This document shows, one piece after another, positions 13,167 to 25,780 of a stretch of 64,000 nt of DNA. Location of the stretch: assembly GCF_009914755.1 (NCBI RefSeq), contig NC_060927.1; one strand, written 5' to 3'. The notes below the pieces were generated by a model that saw nothing but the letters and a program-made list of their open reading frames with translations, did no database searches and had not been told where the DNA came from. A program made the translations under genes and the position numbers. The number at the start of each line of letters is the position of its first letter. Position 1 is the stretch's first letter. This DNA is from the human T2T-CHM13v2.0 reference genome, Homo sapiens.

Positions 13167-13348
13167 GCTATTTTAAAGTCTTTTTTTTTTTAATTGTTAT
13201 TATACTTTAAGTTCTAGGGTACATGTGCACAATGTGCAGGTTTGTTACATATGTATACATGGGCCATGTTGGTGTGCTGCACCCATTAACTCCTCATTTA
13301 CATTAGGTATATCTCCTAAATGCTATCCCTCCCCTCTCCCCCCACCCC
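13138..13348 (-). mobile_element. Severely 5'-truncated younger L1PA 3' end with two poly(A) tracts
   Basis: ttattatactttaagttctagggtacatgtgcacaatgtgcagg...ctatccctcccc; 13-bp TSD ggttgaactaatt at 13125-13137 and 13349-13361. Confidence 0.92.
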
Positions 13349-13471
13349 GGTTGAACTAATTCAACTCCCACCAATAGTTTATAGGCATTCCCTTTTCTCT
13401 GAAACCTTGCCAGCATCTGTTATTTTTTGACATTTTAATAATAGCCATTCTGACTGGTATGAGATGGTACC

Positions 13472-13846
13472 TGATATGGTTTGGCTGTGTCCCCACCCAA
13501 AACTCATCTTGAATTGTAGCTCCTATAATCCTCATGTGTCATGGGAGGGACCTGGTGGGAAGTGATTAGATCATGGGGGTGGTTCCCCCCATGCTGTTCT
13601 CATGGTAGTGAGTGAGTTCTCACAAGATCTGATGGTTTTATAAGCATCTCCAATTTCCCCTGCAGGCACTTCTTCCTGCTGCCTTGTGAAGAAGGTGCCT
13701 TGCTTCTCTCTTGCCTTCTGCCAAGACTGTAAGTTTCCTGAGGCTTCCTCAGCCACGCAGAATATGAATCAATAAAACCTCTTTCCTTTGCAAATTACCC
13801 AGTCTCAGGGATGTCTTTATTAGTAGTGTGAAAATGGATTAATACA
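13472..13846 (+). mobile_element. Solo THE1 LTR (THE1D-like) inserted in L1 ORF2
   Basis: tgatatggtttggctgtgtccccacccaa ... ggattaataca; TSD gtacc / gtatc. Confidence 0.92.
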
Positions 13847-14921
13847 GTATCTCATTGCGGTTTTTATTTGCATTTCTCTAATGACCAGTGATGTTGAGCT
13901 TTTTTGCATATGCTTACTGGCTTCATGTATGTCTTCTTTTGAAAAGTGTCTGTTTATATCCTTTGCCTACTTTTTAATGGTTTTTTCATGTAAATTTGTT
14001 TAAGTTCCTTGTAGCTACTGGATATTAGACTTTTGTCAGAGGCATAGTTTGCAAATATTTTCCTCCACTCTGTAGGTTGTCTGTTTACTCTATGGATAGT
14101 TACTTTGCTGTGCAGAAGCTCTTTATTTTAATTCGATCATATTTGTCAATTTTTGCTTTTGTTTCAATTGCTTTTGGCATCTTCATCATGAAATCTTTGC
14201 TTGTCTCTATGTCCATAATAGTATTGCCTAGATTGTCTTCCAGGGTTTTATAGTTTTTGGTTTTACATTTAAGTATGTAATCCACTTGAGTTGATTTTTT
14301 ATGATGTAAGGAAGGGATCCAGTTTCACTCTTTTGCATATGGCTAGCCAGTTATCTCAGCACCATTTATTGAATAGGGAGTCCTTTCCGCATTGCTTGTT
14401 TTTGTCTGCTTTGTTGAAGATCAGATGGTTATAGGTGTACGGCCTTATTTCTGGGCTCTCTATTCTGTTCCATTGGGGGTCTATGTGTCTGTTTTTGTAC
14501 CAGTGCCATGCTGTTTTGATTACTGTAGTCTTGTATAGTTTGAAGTCAGGTAGTGTGATGCCTCCAGTTTTTTTCTTTTTGCTTAGGATTGTTCCAGCTT
14601 TGTTCTTTGTGTTTAGGATTGCCTTGGCTATTTGGGCTTCTCTTGGTTCCAAATGAATTTTAAAATAGTTTTTTTCAGTTCTATAGAGAATGTAATTGGT
14701 AGTTTGATAGCATTTAATCTATAAATTTCTTTGGGCAGTATGGCCATTTTAATGATGTTGATTCTTCCTATCCATGAGCATGGCATGTTTTTCCATTTGT
14801 GTTATCTCTGGCATCTTTGAACAGTGTTTTGTAGTTCTAATTGTAGAGATCTTTAACCTCCCTGGTTAACTGTATTTCTAGGCATTTTATTCTTTTTTGT
14901 GGCAATTGTGAGTGGGATTGA

Positions 14922-15273
<352 letters not shown>

Positions 15274-17582
15274 ACATTAGTGATTTTTGTACGTTGATTT
15301 TGTATCCTGAGATTCGCTGAAGTTGTTTATCAGCTGAAGGAACTTTTGGATCAAGGCTATGGGATTTTCTAGATATAGAATCATGTTGTCTACAAACAGG
15401 TATAGTTTGACTTCCTCTCTTCCTATTTGGATGCGCTTTATTTCTTTCTCTTGCCTGATTGCTCTGGGATTCTAATACTATGTTGAATAAGAGTGGCGAG
15501 AGAGGGCAACCTTGTGCCAATTTTAAAGGAGAATTCTTCCAACTTTTGTCCATTTGGCATGAGTTGGCTGTGGGTTTGCCATAGATGGCTGTTACTGTTT
15601 TAAGGTGTGTTCCTTCAATATCTAGTTTATTGAGAGTTTTTAACATGAAGGGGTGTTGAATTTTAATGAAAGCCTTTTCTGCATATGTTGAGATCACCAT
15701 GTGGTTTTTCTCTTTAGTTCTGTTTATGTGATGAATCACATTTATTGATTTGCATATGTTGAACCAAAATTGCATCCCAGGGATTAAAGCCCACTTTATA
15801 GTGGTGGATAAGCTTTGTGATGCACTGCTGGATTTGGTTTTCAAATATTTTGTTGAGGATTTTTGCATCAATATTTGTCAATAATATTGGCCTAAAGTTT
15901 TATTTTGTTGTTGTGTCTCTCCCAGGTTTTAGTATCAGGATATTGCTGGTCTCATTAAATGAGTTGAGGAGGAGTCCTTCCTCTTTAATTTTTTGGAAGA
16001 GTTTCAGTAGGAATGGTAATGGTACCAGCTCTTCTTCATAGTTCAAGTAGAATTTGGCTATGAATCCATCTGATTCTGGGTTTCTTGGTTTTGGGTTTTT
16101 GTTGTTGTTGTTGGTAAGCTATTTATTACTGATTTAATTTCAGAGCTTGCTATTGGTCTGTTCAGGGATTCAATTTATTCCTGGTTCAGTCTTGGGAGTG
16201 TGTATGTATACAGGAATTTATCAATTTCTTCTAGATTTTCTAGCTTATGTGCATAGAGATGTTCTAAGTGCATAATATTCTCTGATGGTTTTTTCTATTG
16301 CTGTGGGGTCAATATCCTCTTTGTTGTCTCTAATTATGCTTATTTGGATCATCTCTCTTTTCTTCTTTATTAGTCTAACTAGTGGCCTATCTTATTAATT
16401 TTTTCAAAAAACCAATTTCTGGATTTGTTGATCTATAGAATACTTTTTCATGTTGTCTCAGTCTCCTTCAGTTCGGCTCTGATTTTGGTTACTTGTCTTC
16501 TGCTAATTTGAGATTTGTTTGCTCTTGTTTCCCTAGTTCTGTTAGTTGTTACATTAGGTTGTTAACTTGAGATCTTTCTAACTTTGTTATGTGGGCATTT
16601 AGTGCTATCAATTTCTGTCTTATCACTGCCTTAGCTGTGTCCCAGAGATTCTGGTATGTTGTATCTTTGTTCTCATTAGCTTCAGATAACTTCTTGATTT
16701 CAACTTTAATTTCATTATTTACCCAGAAGTCATTCAGGAACAGGTTATTCTATTTTCATGTAATTGTATGGTTTTTAGTGTATGTCTTAGTCTTGATTTC
16801 TAATTTGATTTCACTGTGGTCCAAGAGACTGTTTGTTATGATTTCAGTTACTTTGCTTTACTGAGGAGTGTTTTACTTTTGATTATGTGACTGATTATAG
16901 AGTATGTGCCATGTGACTATGAGAAGAATGTATATTCTGTTGTTTTTATGTGGAGAGTTCTGTAGATATCTATCAGGTCCATTTGATACAGTGGTGAGTT
17001 CAGGTCCTGAATATCTTTGTTAATTTTCTGTCTCAGTGATGTGTCTCATATTGTCAGTAGGCTGTTAAAGTCTCCCCTATTATTGTGTGTGAGTCTAAGT
17101 CTCTTTGAAGGTCTCTAAGAAAAAACTTGCTTTATGAATCTGGGTGCTCCTGTGTTTGTTGCATATATATTTAGGATAGTTAGATCTTCTTGTTGAATTG
17201 AACCCTTTACCATAATATAATGCCCTTCTTTGTCTTTTTTGATCTTTGTTGGTTTAAAGTCTGTTTTGTCAGAAACTAGGATTGCAACCTCTGCTTTTTT
17301 TTTTGTTTTTCATTTGCTTGGTAGATTTTTCTCCATCCCTTTATTTTGAGCCCATGTTTGTCATTGCACGTGAGATGAAGCTCTTGAAGACAGCATACCA
17401 ATGGGTCTTGGTTTTTTATCCAGCTTGCCACTCTGTGTCTTTTAATTGGGGCATTTAGCCCATTTACATTTAAGGTTAGTATTGATATGTGTGGATTTGA
17501 TCCTGTCATGATAATGTTAGCTGGTTATTTTGCAGACCTGTTTATGTATGTGGTTGCTTACAGTGTCACTGGTCTGTGTACT

Positions 17583-18566
17583 TCAGTGTGTTTTTATCAT
17601 GGCTGGTAATGGTCTTTCTTTTCCATATTTAGTATTCCCTTTGTGAGCTCTTGTAAGGTAGGTCTGGTGATAGCAAATTCCCTCAGCATTTGCTTGTCTG
17701 AGAAGGATCTTATTTCTCCTTTGCTTGTGAAGCTTAGTTTGGCCATTAAATTTGGCATTGGAATTTCTTTTCTTTAAGAATGTTAAATATTGGCCCACAA
17801 TCTCTTCTGGCTTGTAGGGTTTCTGCTGAAAGGTTCACTGTTAGTCTGTTGGGCTTCCCTTTGTAGGTGACCTAACCTTTCTCTCTAGCTGCATTTAACA
17901 CTTTTTCTTTAATTTCATCCTTGGAGAATTTGATGATTACGTGTCTTGAGGATCATCTTCTTTCTTACTGTGGTTCTTTGCATTTCCTGCATTTGAATGT
18001 TGGCCTCTCTAACTAGGTTGGGAAAGTTCTCATGGATGATATCCTGAAATATGTTTTCCAAGTGGCTTCCATTCTCCCCATCTCTTTCAAGGACACCAAT
18101 GAGTTACAGATTTGCTCTCTTCACATAATCCCATATTTCTTAGAGGTTTTGTTCATTCCTTTTCATTCTTTTTCTCACTATTTTTTTCTGACTGTTGTAT
18201 TTTAGAAAGCCAGTCTTCAAGCTCTGAGATTCTTTCCTCTGCTTGGTCTATTCTGTTAGGAATACTTGCAATTGCATTATGAAATTCTTGTAATGTGTTT
18301 TCAGCTCTATCATAGTTACATTCTTTTCTATACTGGTTATTTTGTCTGTCAGTTTCTGTATCATTTTATTGTGATTCTTAGCTTCCTTGGATTGGGTTTC
18401 AATGTACTCCTGCATCTCAATGATCTTTGTTTCTATCCATATTCTAAATTCTATTTCTCTCATTTCAGCCATCTCAGCCCAGTTCAGAACCCTTGCTGGA
18501 GAGATAGCAGTCATTTGGAGGAATGAAGGCACTCTGGCTTTTTGAGTTGTCAGGGTTCTTTCTCAT
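17583..18566 (-). pseudogene. L1 ORF1 remnant
   Basis: Sits between the 5'UTR and the ORF2 start; ORF 18248..18532 (AEMAEMREIEFRIWIETKIIEMQE) is L1 ORF1-like coiled coil. Confidence 0.8.
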
Positions 18567-20461
18567 CTTTGTGGACTGGTATTCCTTCAGTCTTTGAAGT
18601 TGCCATTCTTTGGATAGGCTTTTTTTTTCTTCCTTCATTTTATTTTATTCTCTTGAGAGTTTGATTGTAGTATAAGGCGGGTTCAGTCGACTGGATTCAT
18701 TTCTGGGCAATTTGAGGGGACCAAGGCTCAGCTCCCAACTTCTGGACTATATGCTCTAACTCTGGGGGACTTGTGTTGGCCCTGAATTTGTTCTCTGGTT
18801 CCTCAAGGTTAGGAATCCACTCCACTAGAGGAGCCTAGGTGCTCCCAGACCACTGGTTTCTACACTCCAGTGGGTGTTGCCAGCCAAAGCATTTTGTAGG
18901 GCAGTGGCAGCAGGATCCATCCTCATTCACATGTTCCAGCAGTAGCAGTGCTGCAGGGCACATGCTTGTCAGCTGTGGCAGAGTGAAAAGCAGGCTTCAG
19001 AGTGCCAGCCTCCCTGTGGGCATTCACAACACTGGCAGAGGTAGTACAGTTGGGGGGTCAGGGGTCTCTGACTGGTGCCTGTGTGCACATTTGCACTGGT
19101 GATGGTGTTAACACAGGGGCAGGGCACTGGCAGGAGTGGGTCTGAATGTGCCATTTGTGTATGTTCACCCAGGCTGGGGTGGCTAGTCAGGGTGGGGGAG
19201 GGACTCTGTTCTCCTTGCCTAGTTTCATTCTGGTAGCAGTGTTGGTGCAAGGGCAGGGCACTGGAGGGGATGGGGCTAGTGGGCTCTGTGCCCTCCAAGA
19301 CTTGAATACAATGGTGGTAAGGCAAGGGAAGGGGAGCAGAGTGGTGCAATGGTGGTAAGGTAGGAAGGGGAATGGGGCAGGGAACACACACACACGCATG
19401 CTCATGGGTCAGGGAAGGCAAAATCCAAAGGTACACACACATGCTGGCAGAGCAATGTGTGGGGTGGCAGTGGGCCCTGGGCAAGCTCCATGGGGGAGGA
19501 ATCAGGTGAGTTGGTGCATGGCTCTGAGGGCCACTCTGCTGGAGCTCTCTGCTGGTCAAGTGCAGTCTGCCTGTGCAGGAGCTATGGTGTGGGCCCCCAG
19601 GGCACCTATGTCCACACTGTCAGCAAGTTGGCCAGGCTGGGGCCCCAGGAGAGGCCAGCAGACCAAGGGGTGCTCAGGTCAGACCAGCCCCATCTGATGG
19701 GCAAGATTGCCCTGCAGACTTCAGGTTGACAGTTCCCCTAGGGCTAAAGTCTCCTCTGGAAGCAAGTGGAGCCTGGAGGGATGGGTGTCCCTGGCCATGC
19801 TCCCTTACAGATGTTCCTGCACCAAATCCCCTGAGCTCTGCAAAGCCTGGCATGCTGCCCCTGCTACTTCTCTAAGCAGTTCTCCTCACCAACTCAACTC
19901 TTCATGGTGGTTGAAGAGTCTCCTCCTGCTGGGATTCTAGAGCCCTTTGGCAAAAGCTGGTTACTCCTTGCCAGTTGAACTCATTCCTTCCCCCAGAGTT
20001 GTCAGGGGCCAGGAATGTGTCCTGGTGCACAGTTGCTCTGTGCAAGATTCCCAGCTTCCTATACCTTCAGCCCAGCTTCTGTTTCTTCCCTCCATCCACT
20101 TTCAGTGCCTTGCCTCTGAAGATCTATTAGGAGTGAGCCCGTCATCTCGATCCCTCAGTGGCAGCTGTTCCACCTGGGTATGTCTGTAAACTCGATATTC
20201 TATATTCCTTCTTCATTCATTCAACACATATAGATTAAGCATCTACTATATCCCAAATACTCCCCTGTTAGCCTCCCTGCAGTAGCTTATACAAAGAAGT
20301 AATTTTAAGGGATGTCCTCTGTCGAACATATGCACAAAATAGATACACATGGTAAATAAATGGAGGTCAAGAGGAAGAAACATAGTCATTTTGAAAGTAA
20401 ATGGTGCCTTAACTAAGCCTGAGCAAAGGGTTTATCAAGTGAAGGAAGGAAGGTTGCCCAG

Positions 20462-20540
20462 AAATTATATATATGACATATATAATACATATAATAATAT
20501 AATTAATATATGATATATATTACATGTATATATTGTGTAA
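20462..20540. repeat. AT-rich low-complexity tract
   Basis: attatatatatgacatatataatacatataataatataattaatatatgatatatat. Confidence 0.8.
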
Positions 20541-21089
20541 TTCTCCATGCAGAGAAGGGTGGCAAGATATTAAGGCACCTGAGCTAGATGTAGAGAGTGT
20601 TACTTTCCATATCATGGATTCTCTCTTTAGATAATAGGGGAAATCACTAAAAAATTTTAGCAGCAGATTTAAGACCTTATTTACAACTTAGCTCAGACAC
20701 ACCAACTTTGGATGCCATGTCCCAATATCTTATCAAATAGAAAGAAGCAAAATAGCCCTTGTTATTAAATACATTAAGATTTAGATGAAATTATGCCTGT
20801 GCCTTTCTGGAGCAATGACTTTTAATTCATAAGTAAAATTCTTGTTCTTGTGTGTTTTACCAATTGCTTACTTTATGATTCTCTCTTTAACATATTCTAA
20901 CTCCTTGTTTATCTCAATTTCTCTTCATACAAACCCTTATCTTTTCAGTAATTTTTATAATTCTACATTTTATTATCCTTTGTGATTTATCTCTTAACAT
21001 AAATCATTTTCTAATTCATTTTACAGTAATTATTATAATTAAATGTTAATAATAGCCACATAACAACTAATCTCATTATAATTAAAAAT

Positions 21090-21760
21090 GATATAAAGCT
21101 GGGAGGGATATAAAATATTTTGTATGTCAAGTCAGGACCCAGAAGGATCTCTGCAAGCTGGAGTAATTACTGGACTCAAAGAAAATTCAGGCAATAGTGA
21201 TAAAATATAAGTTCCTACATTTGAGTTGTAAAAACCAAGTACCCCACAATAACATGCAAGACAGCTCAAGCAAGAGAGCTTTTAGCTATTGTTAAACTCA
21301 ATGGAAGAACTCTCCCAAAGCAGAATTCCTATCATCCTGGTCAGATGATATGAAGAATGTTGGGCTCTTGTAGGCTCACCACATTCTAAGAAAGATATAG
21401 AAAAATCTTTACATGTTCAGAAAACTAAGATTGAAAAGACTAAAAAAAGTGGGGATTTATGATATTTAGCTTAGGGAAGAGTACATTGTTTTAAAATATG
21501 CAGAAAACCATCATACGGAAGACGAAGAGGGGTCAGACTTGTTCTTTATGGCCTTAAAGAGAAGAAGTATGACCAAGGGAGTGAAGGTGGAGGAATTTAT
21601 GTAGACAGATTTTGTTTTAGAATAAAGAATAATTTTCTAAAGGCTAAACCTGTCTGATAACAGCATGAGCTTCCTCAGAGAGGGTAATGATTTTTTTGTG
21701 TCTAGAACTGTTCAAGCACAGAATGAGTGACTTCTTATGAGGTTGCTAGACAAGGAATTG
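21090..21760 (+). mobile_element. CR1/L3 LINE remnant (3' part)
   Basis: aagctgggaggg...cagaaggatct, caccacattctaagaaagata, cagacttgttct, gacagatttt...gaataattttct, gttcaagcacag are L3-type motifs. Confidence 0.65.
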
Positions 21761-21867
21761 GAGCTTTACCATGATTTTTGTTTTAGGTTCCTGAAGTTTA
21801 TTTGGGGTACTATTTTCACTGACACGAATAACCTCTTACACTATCTTCACTTTTAAAAATCATTCCT

Positions 21868-22183
21868 GGCTGAGTGCAGTGGTTGATGCCTGTAATCTCA
21901 GCACTTTGGGAGGCAGAAATGGGCCGATCAGTTGAGGCTAGGAGTTTGAGACCAGCCTGGCCAACATGGCGAAACCCCATCTCTACTAAAAATGCAAAAA
22001 TTAGCCAGGCTTGGTGGTGCATGCCTGTAATCGCAGCTACTCAGGAGGCTGAGGCAGGAGAATCACTTGAACCTGGGAGGCAGTTTGCAGAAAGCTGAGA
22101 TCCTGCCACTGCACTCCAGCCTGGGTGACAGAGCGAGACCCTGTCTCAAAATAAATAAATAAATTCAGTAAATAAAATAAGAA
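21868..22183 (+). mobile_element. AluS (AluSz-like)
   Basis: Dimeric Alu; TSD taaaaatcattcct / taaaaatgattcct. Confidence 0.95.
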
Positions 22184-22319
22184 TAAAAATGATTCCTACC
22201 CTTTGAGACAAAGATAAAATCCTCCAAATAAGCTTTCTCTTCATGTAATTTAGAATTGTCCTTATGCAATATAAATTCTTACTGTATTTATTGCTCTTTT
22301 CTTTTAATATTAGTCTTTT

Positions 22320-22972
22320 ATGAACTATTTGAGAGTAAACTGCAAATGGTATTTCCTATCACCCCAGAATTCTCCCATTTACCAAGAACAAGGATACTTT
22401 CTTACGCTCGAAGTCAAGAAATAGTAATACCACACTTCTGTCTAAAACACAGATGCTATTCAATTTTCAAACTGTTCCAGCAATGACTCTTTCTCCTTCT
22501 GCTCCAGGATCTCATCCAGGAACTCAGTGCATTTACTTGTCATATCTTTTTGGTCTCTTCCAACCTGTGAACAGTTCTTCACTCTTCCCTTGTTTTTCAT
22601 CTTCTCAACAGATAGTTGAGGGTCTATAGCTGGGCTGTCTAATATGGTAGCCACTAAGCACATGTAGTTATCTAAGTTAAAACTAATTAAAATAAAATTT
22701 AAAATTCCACCTCTCAGTCATACCAGCCATGTTTAAGTGCTCAATAGCCGCATTTGACATGTGGTTATCAAATTTGACAGTGTAGCTAAAAACATAGGAC
22801 ATTTTCATCATTGCAAAAAGTTCTATTGGAGACTGATAGTCTTCAGAATGACCCTAGACCTAGGTCTGCCTGATATTTCCTCATGACCTGTTTCAGGTCA
22901 CGGTCACGCTTTCTTTGCAAGAATTCTATGGAAACAATGTCGTGTTCTTTTTAGTGCATCACATAAGGAAGT
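22320..22972 (-). mobile_element. Old L1M (L1MC-type) 3'UTR fragment interrupted by MER3
   Basis: aagaacaaggata, tccaggatctcatccagg, gtctgcctgatatttcctcatga, tagtgcatcacataaggaag. Confidence 0.55.
22627..22840. mobile_element. MER3-like hAT-Charlie MITE
   Basis: gctgtctaatatggtagccactaagcacatgt...aagtgctcaatagcc...catcattgcaaaaagttctattgga. Confidence 0.75.
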
Positions 22973-23123
22973 ATTATTTCCCTTTAATATCACGGTTTGG
23001 TTTGACTTTATTCCACACTACCATCCACAACATTTACTGAGTTCTGCTCTGTATATGACACTATGACCTCATTACAGAGTACATAATCCAGTCCTTGATA
23101 TCAAGGAACTTCTCAACCAAGAA

Positions 23124-23164
23124 GTTACATGTAGAACATATATATATATATATGTTACATGCAG

Positions 23165-23245
<81 letters not shown>
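23124..23245. repeat. Compound repeat: 30-bp unit x2 [gttacatgYagaac(at)n] followed by (TA)n(GA)n
   Basis: Directly visible in the sequence. Confidence 0.95.
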
Positions 23246-23247
<2 letters not shown>

Positions 23248-23919
23248 TCTAAGCTTTAGCTACAGAGAGATCTATATTTGTGTTCTGGTACTGCCATTTT
23301 ATAGAATAATTTCCCTCTTCAATCAACATGTATGTTTCAGTTGCACACTTATGTATAAGCCATTGCAGGATGTGTTTATTGAAAGCAGGGACCATGACTT
23401 TCTTGGTATCTTTTACAGCACCTAAGCTAGGTAGGCCTCCCAATAGCGGTGGATTGATGGAACAGAAAAACCCATAAATGCTGTGATGATTCAAAGGCTA
23501 TATAAAGTTTAGTCACAAATAAAGTTTAGGAAAGCTGTGTCGTGTTAAACACTTTTGGTTATTTTAAATGACAGTGGTGTATTAATGGAAAGGATTATAT
23601 TGAATTCATCCATCCTGGCTGTAGACCTATACTTAGAGCTGACTAAGCCCACCCGGAGCTGCCCATATCTTAGTATGCAGTGAGTCTGATAAAAAGAACT
23701 AGAGGATTAAATATTTATGCCCTTTTAAAGTCTTGGGAAAAAGGAAGAGGAGGATATTATACAGTTACACAAATTAGATTTCCTGATAAGAAATCAATTA
23801 TATTATTAATCTATCATGAGTACTTAACATGCCACAGGCTAGATCATCATTTTCAGGTTGATGTAAATCCAGCCATCTTTTTGGGACTGTAATTATGTAG
23901 AGCACAAATCGAGTTGTGA

Positions 23920-24130
23920 TTAAAAAGCCCAAACTGCTTAGTCAGACTAGCTTTGTGAACTCATCCAAGTTACTCACCTCCCTGTACCTCTACTTCTCCA
24001 TGCATGAAATGGGGTTTCAATAGTTTCTGAATCATAGGGCTGTTGTAAAGAGTAAATGAGAAAAGCGAAAGTAAAGACCTTGCTCAGCACAGTTCCAGGT
24101 ACATAGTAAGGATTTAATACAACCTTACTG
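23920..24130 (+). mobile_element. MIR SINE
   Basis: aagttactcacctccctgtacctc...tcatagggctgttgtaaagagtaaatgag...ggtacatagtaag. Confidence 0.65.
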
Positions 24131-24859
24131 TTTTAGATTTTATTTCTTTTTCGATCTGTCATGACCCTACCTCTCTCCTGCTCCAATAGTCACACTTACA
24201 TAAAATCATAGAACTTTAAAATAAAAAATATTACTAGAAGTCAACTATTGACCCACTTGTTTTTTAGAAGAATAAATTGAAACTGGATTTATTGTGACGT
24301 GTGTTAGATGAATCTGCTTCTTAGGGGCAGAGCCAAGGGTAGACCACTTTCTACTATATCATACTGACTTTGAATAAGAAGTGTATTCTTTGGTCTGCAT
24401 ATTTATTAAGTACTATTATCTGCATAGCACTAGGCTAAGCACTGGGGATCAAAAACAAAAAATGATAATATATATCATTGAGAAGAACTCTCAGGGGAGG
24501 TGGGGATGGGGACAGAGGGGTAAATCCATGAAACTGCAGTAAGTTACAGTGGCGAATACAGAGCTCTGCAAAGGAAGCTGCAAGACCATTTGACTCCTTC
24601 AGAAAGTCAATGTTTTAACAAATCTTCTTTTTCATAGATCCCAGGAATTCTGTGAAAAGCCACTTACAATCATGGTTTTCAAGCAAAATACCCATCACCA
24701 CCCAGGTAGTCAGTCCCTACCTGTGTGTGTGTCAGTTAGGACTGGACTCAGTACTTCCGCATCATATCCTCTCTTATCAGAGGTGTTTGGGTTGGAGATT
24801 ACCAATATTTTTCTATTACCTCTTCTGTTTCAGCCTAAATATGTTTTTTATTTTGAGAG

Positions 24860-25050
24860 AGGAAACAGATTAAACTGTGGCTTTAGAGCACAGATCCATT
24901 TGGGTTCAATCCAACAAGCAAACATGTTGTTTGACTTGGTAGGAATCATGCTGCATTTATCTACTTATCTCTATCAAAATCTCTTACTTCCCAGGGTTAT
25001 TGTGGGAAAGATTTTGCCCAAATTATACATGATACTTGTAATTATAAAAT
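24860..25050 (+). mobile_element. MIR SINE
   Basis: ggctttagagcacagatccatttgggttcaatcc...cagggttattgtgggaaga. Confidence 0.5.
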
Positions 25051-25377
25051 ATTTTACACTAAAAATGTTAATTGCTTATGTCAGTTTATTCTGTTTGATT
25101 TAATTATGGTATTTGCAAATATACCAAGAAGGAAAGTAATGAAATAGTATTTGAAGAAACTTTAGGGTCTCTTCTGTGTCTGGATGAATATATTTAATCT
25201 GTCTGCAGGTAGATTAAGAGATTGTTTTTAACAAAGATTTGAAATTTGTGTTCAACATAGTTGCAGCTTAATTTTGAGGCAAGAAGTGTTCGTATTTTTT
25301 GGAAGTCCTCAGGATTATGAACAATACTGATTTGGTGGAGCTATCATCCTGAATCTTATGTAAATTGCTGAACTCAC

Positions 25378-25780
25378 ATTATTCATTTATTCATACATTC
25401 ATTCAAAAGCAGTACATTGAGTTCTTATATGTCAATGACCAGGCCAGGTACCAAAGATACATGGTTGAATAAACACCTTGTCTAGCACTCACTTAAAAAG
25501 TGAATTAATAAATGCCAGGTACCAAAGATACATGGTTGAATAAACACCTTGTCTAGCACTCACTTAAAAAGTGAATTAATAAATGCATCTATGAATATCT
25601 ATCTATCTCTGTCCCACAGAAGCCCTCACACTCTAATAAAGGAGGCAAAATTATGCATAGCTAACTATAATACAATATTTAAAAGGCAATAACAGAATGA
25701 TGTTCAAAGTGCCATGGAAGAAGGCACATATTAATTCTGCCTAGCAGCAGTGTCAGGAAATGCTTCCTACCAGTGATGCT
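25378..25780 (-). mobile_element. L2 3' fragment containing a 71-bp tandem duplication
   Basis: attcatttattcatacattcattcaaa...gccctcacactctaat...gtgccatggaag. Confidence 0.55.
25443..25586. repeat. Perfect 71-bp tandem duplication
   Basis: gccaggtaccaaagatacatggttgaataaacaccttgtctagcactcacttaaaaagtgaattaataaat occurs identically at 25443-25513 and 25514-25584, followed by gc. Confidence 0.98.

Noticed and set aside
18839-20189. Cluster of GC-rich ORFs that could suggest a gene or CpG island
   Set aside because: This is the L1 5'UTR; it is CpG-depleted, and ORFs arise from low stop-codon density.
24672-25103. 143-aa plus-strand ORF
   Set aside because: Second half overlaps a MIR; no recognisable domain or splice context.
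25443-25586. Direct repeats considered as a CRISPR-like array
   Set aside because: Only two abutting copies with no spacers, in eukaryotic DNA with no cas genes; a simple tandem duplication.
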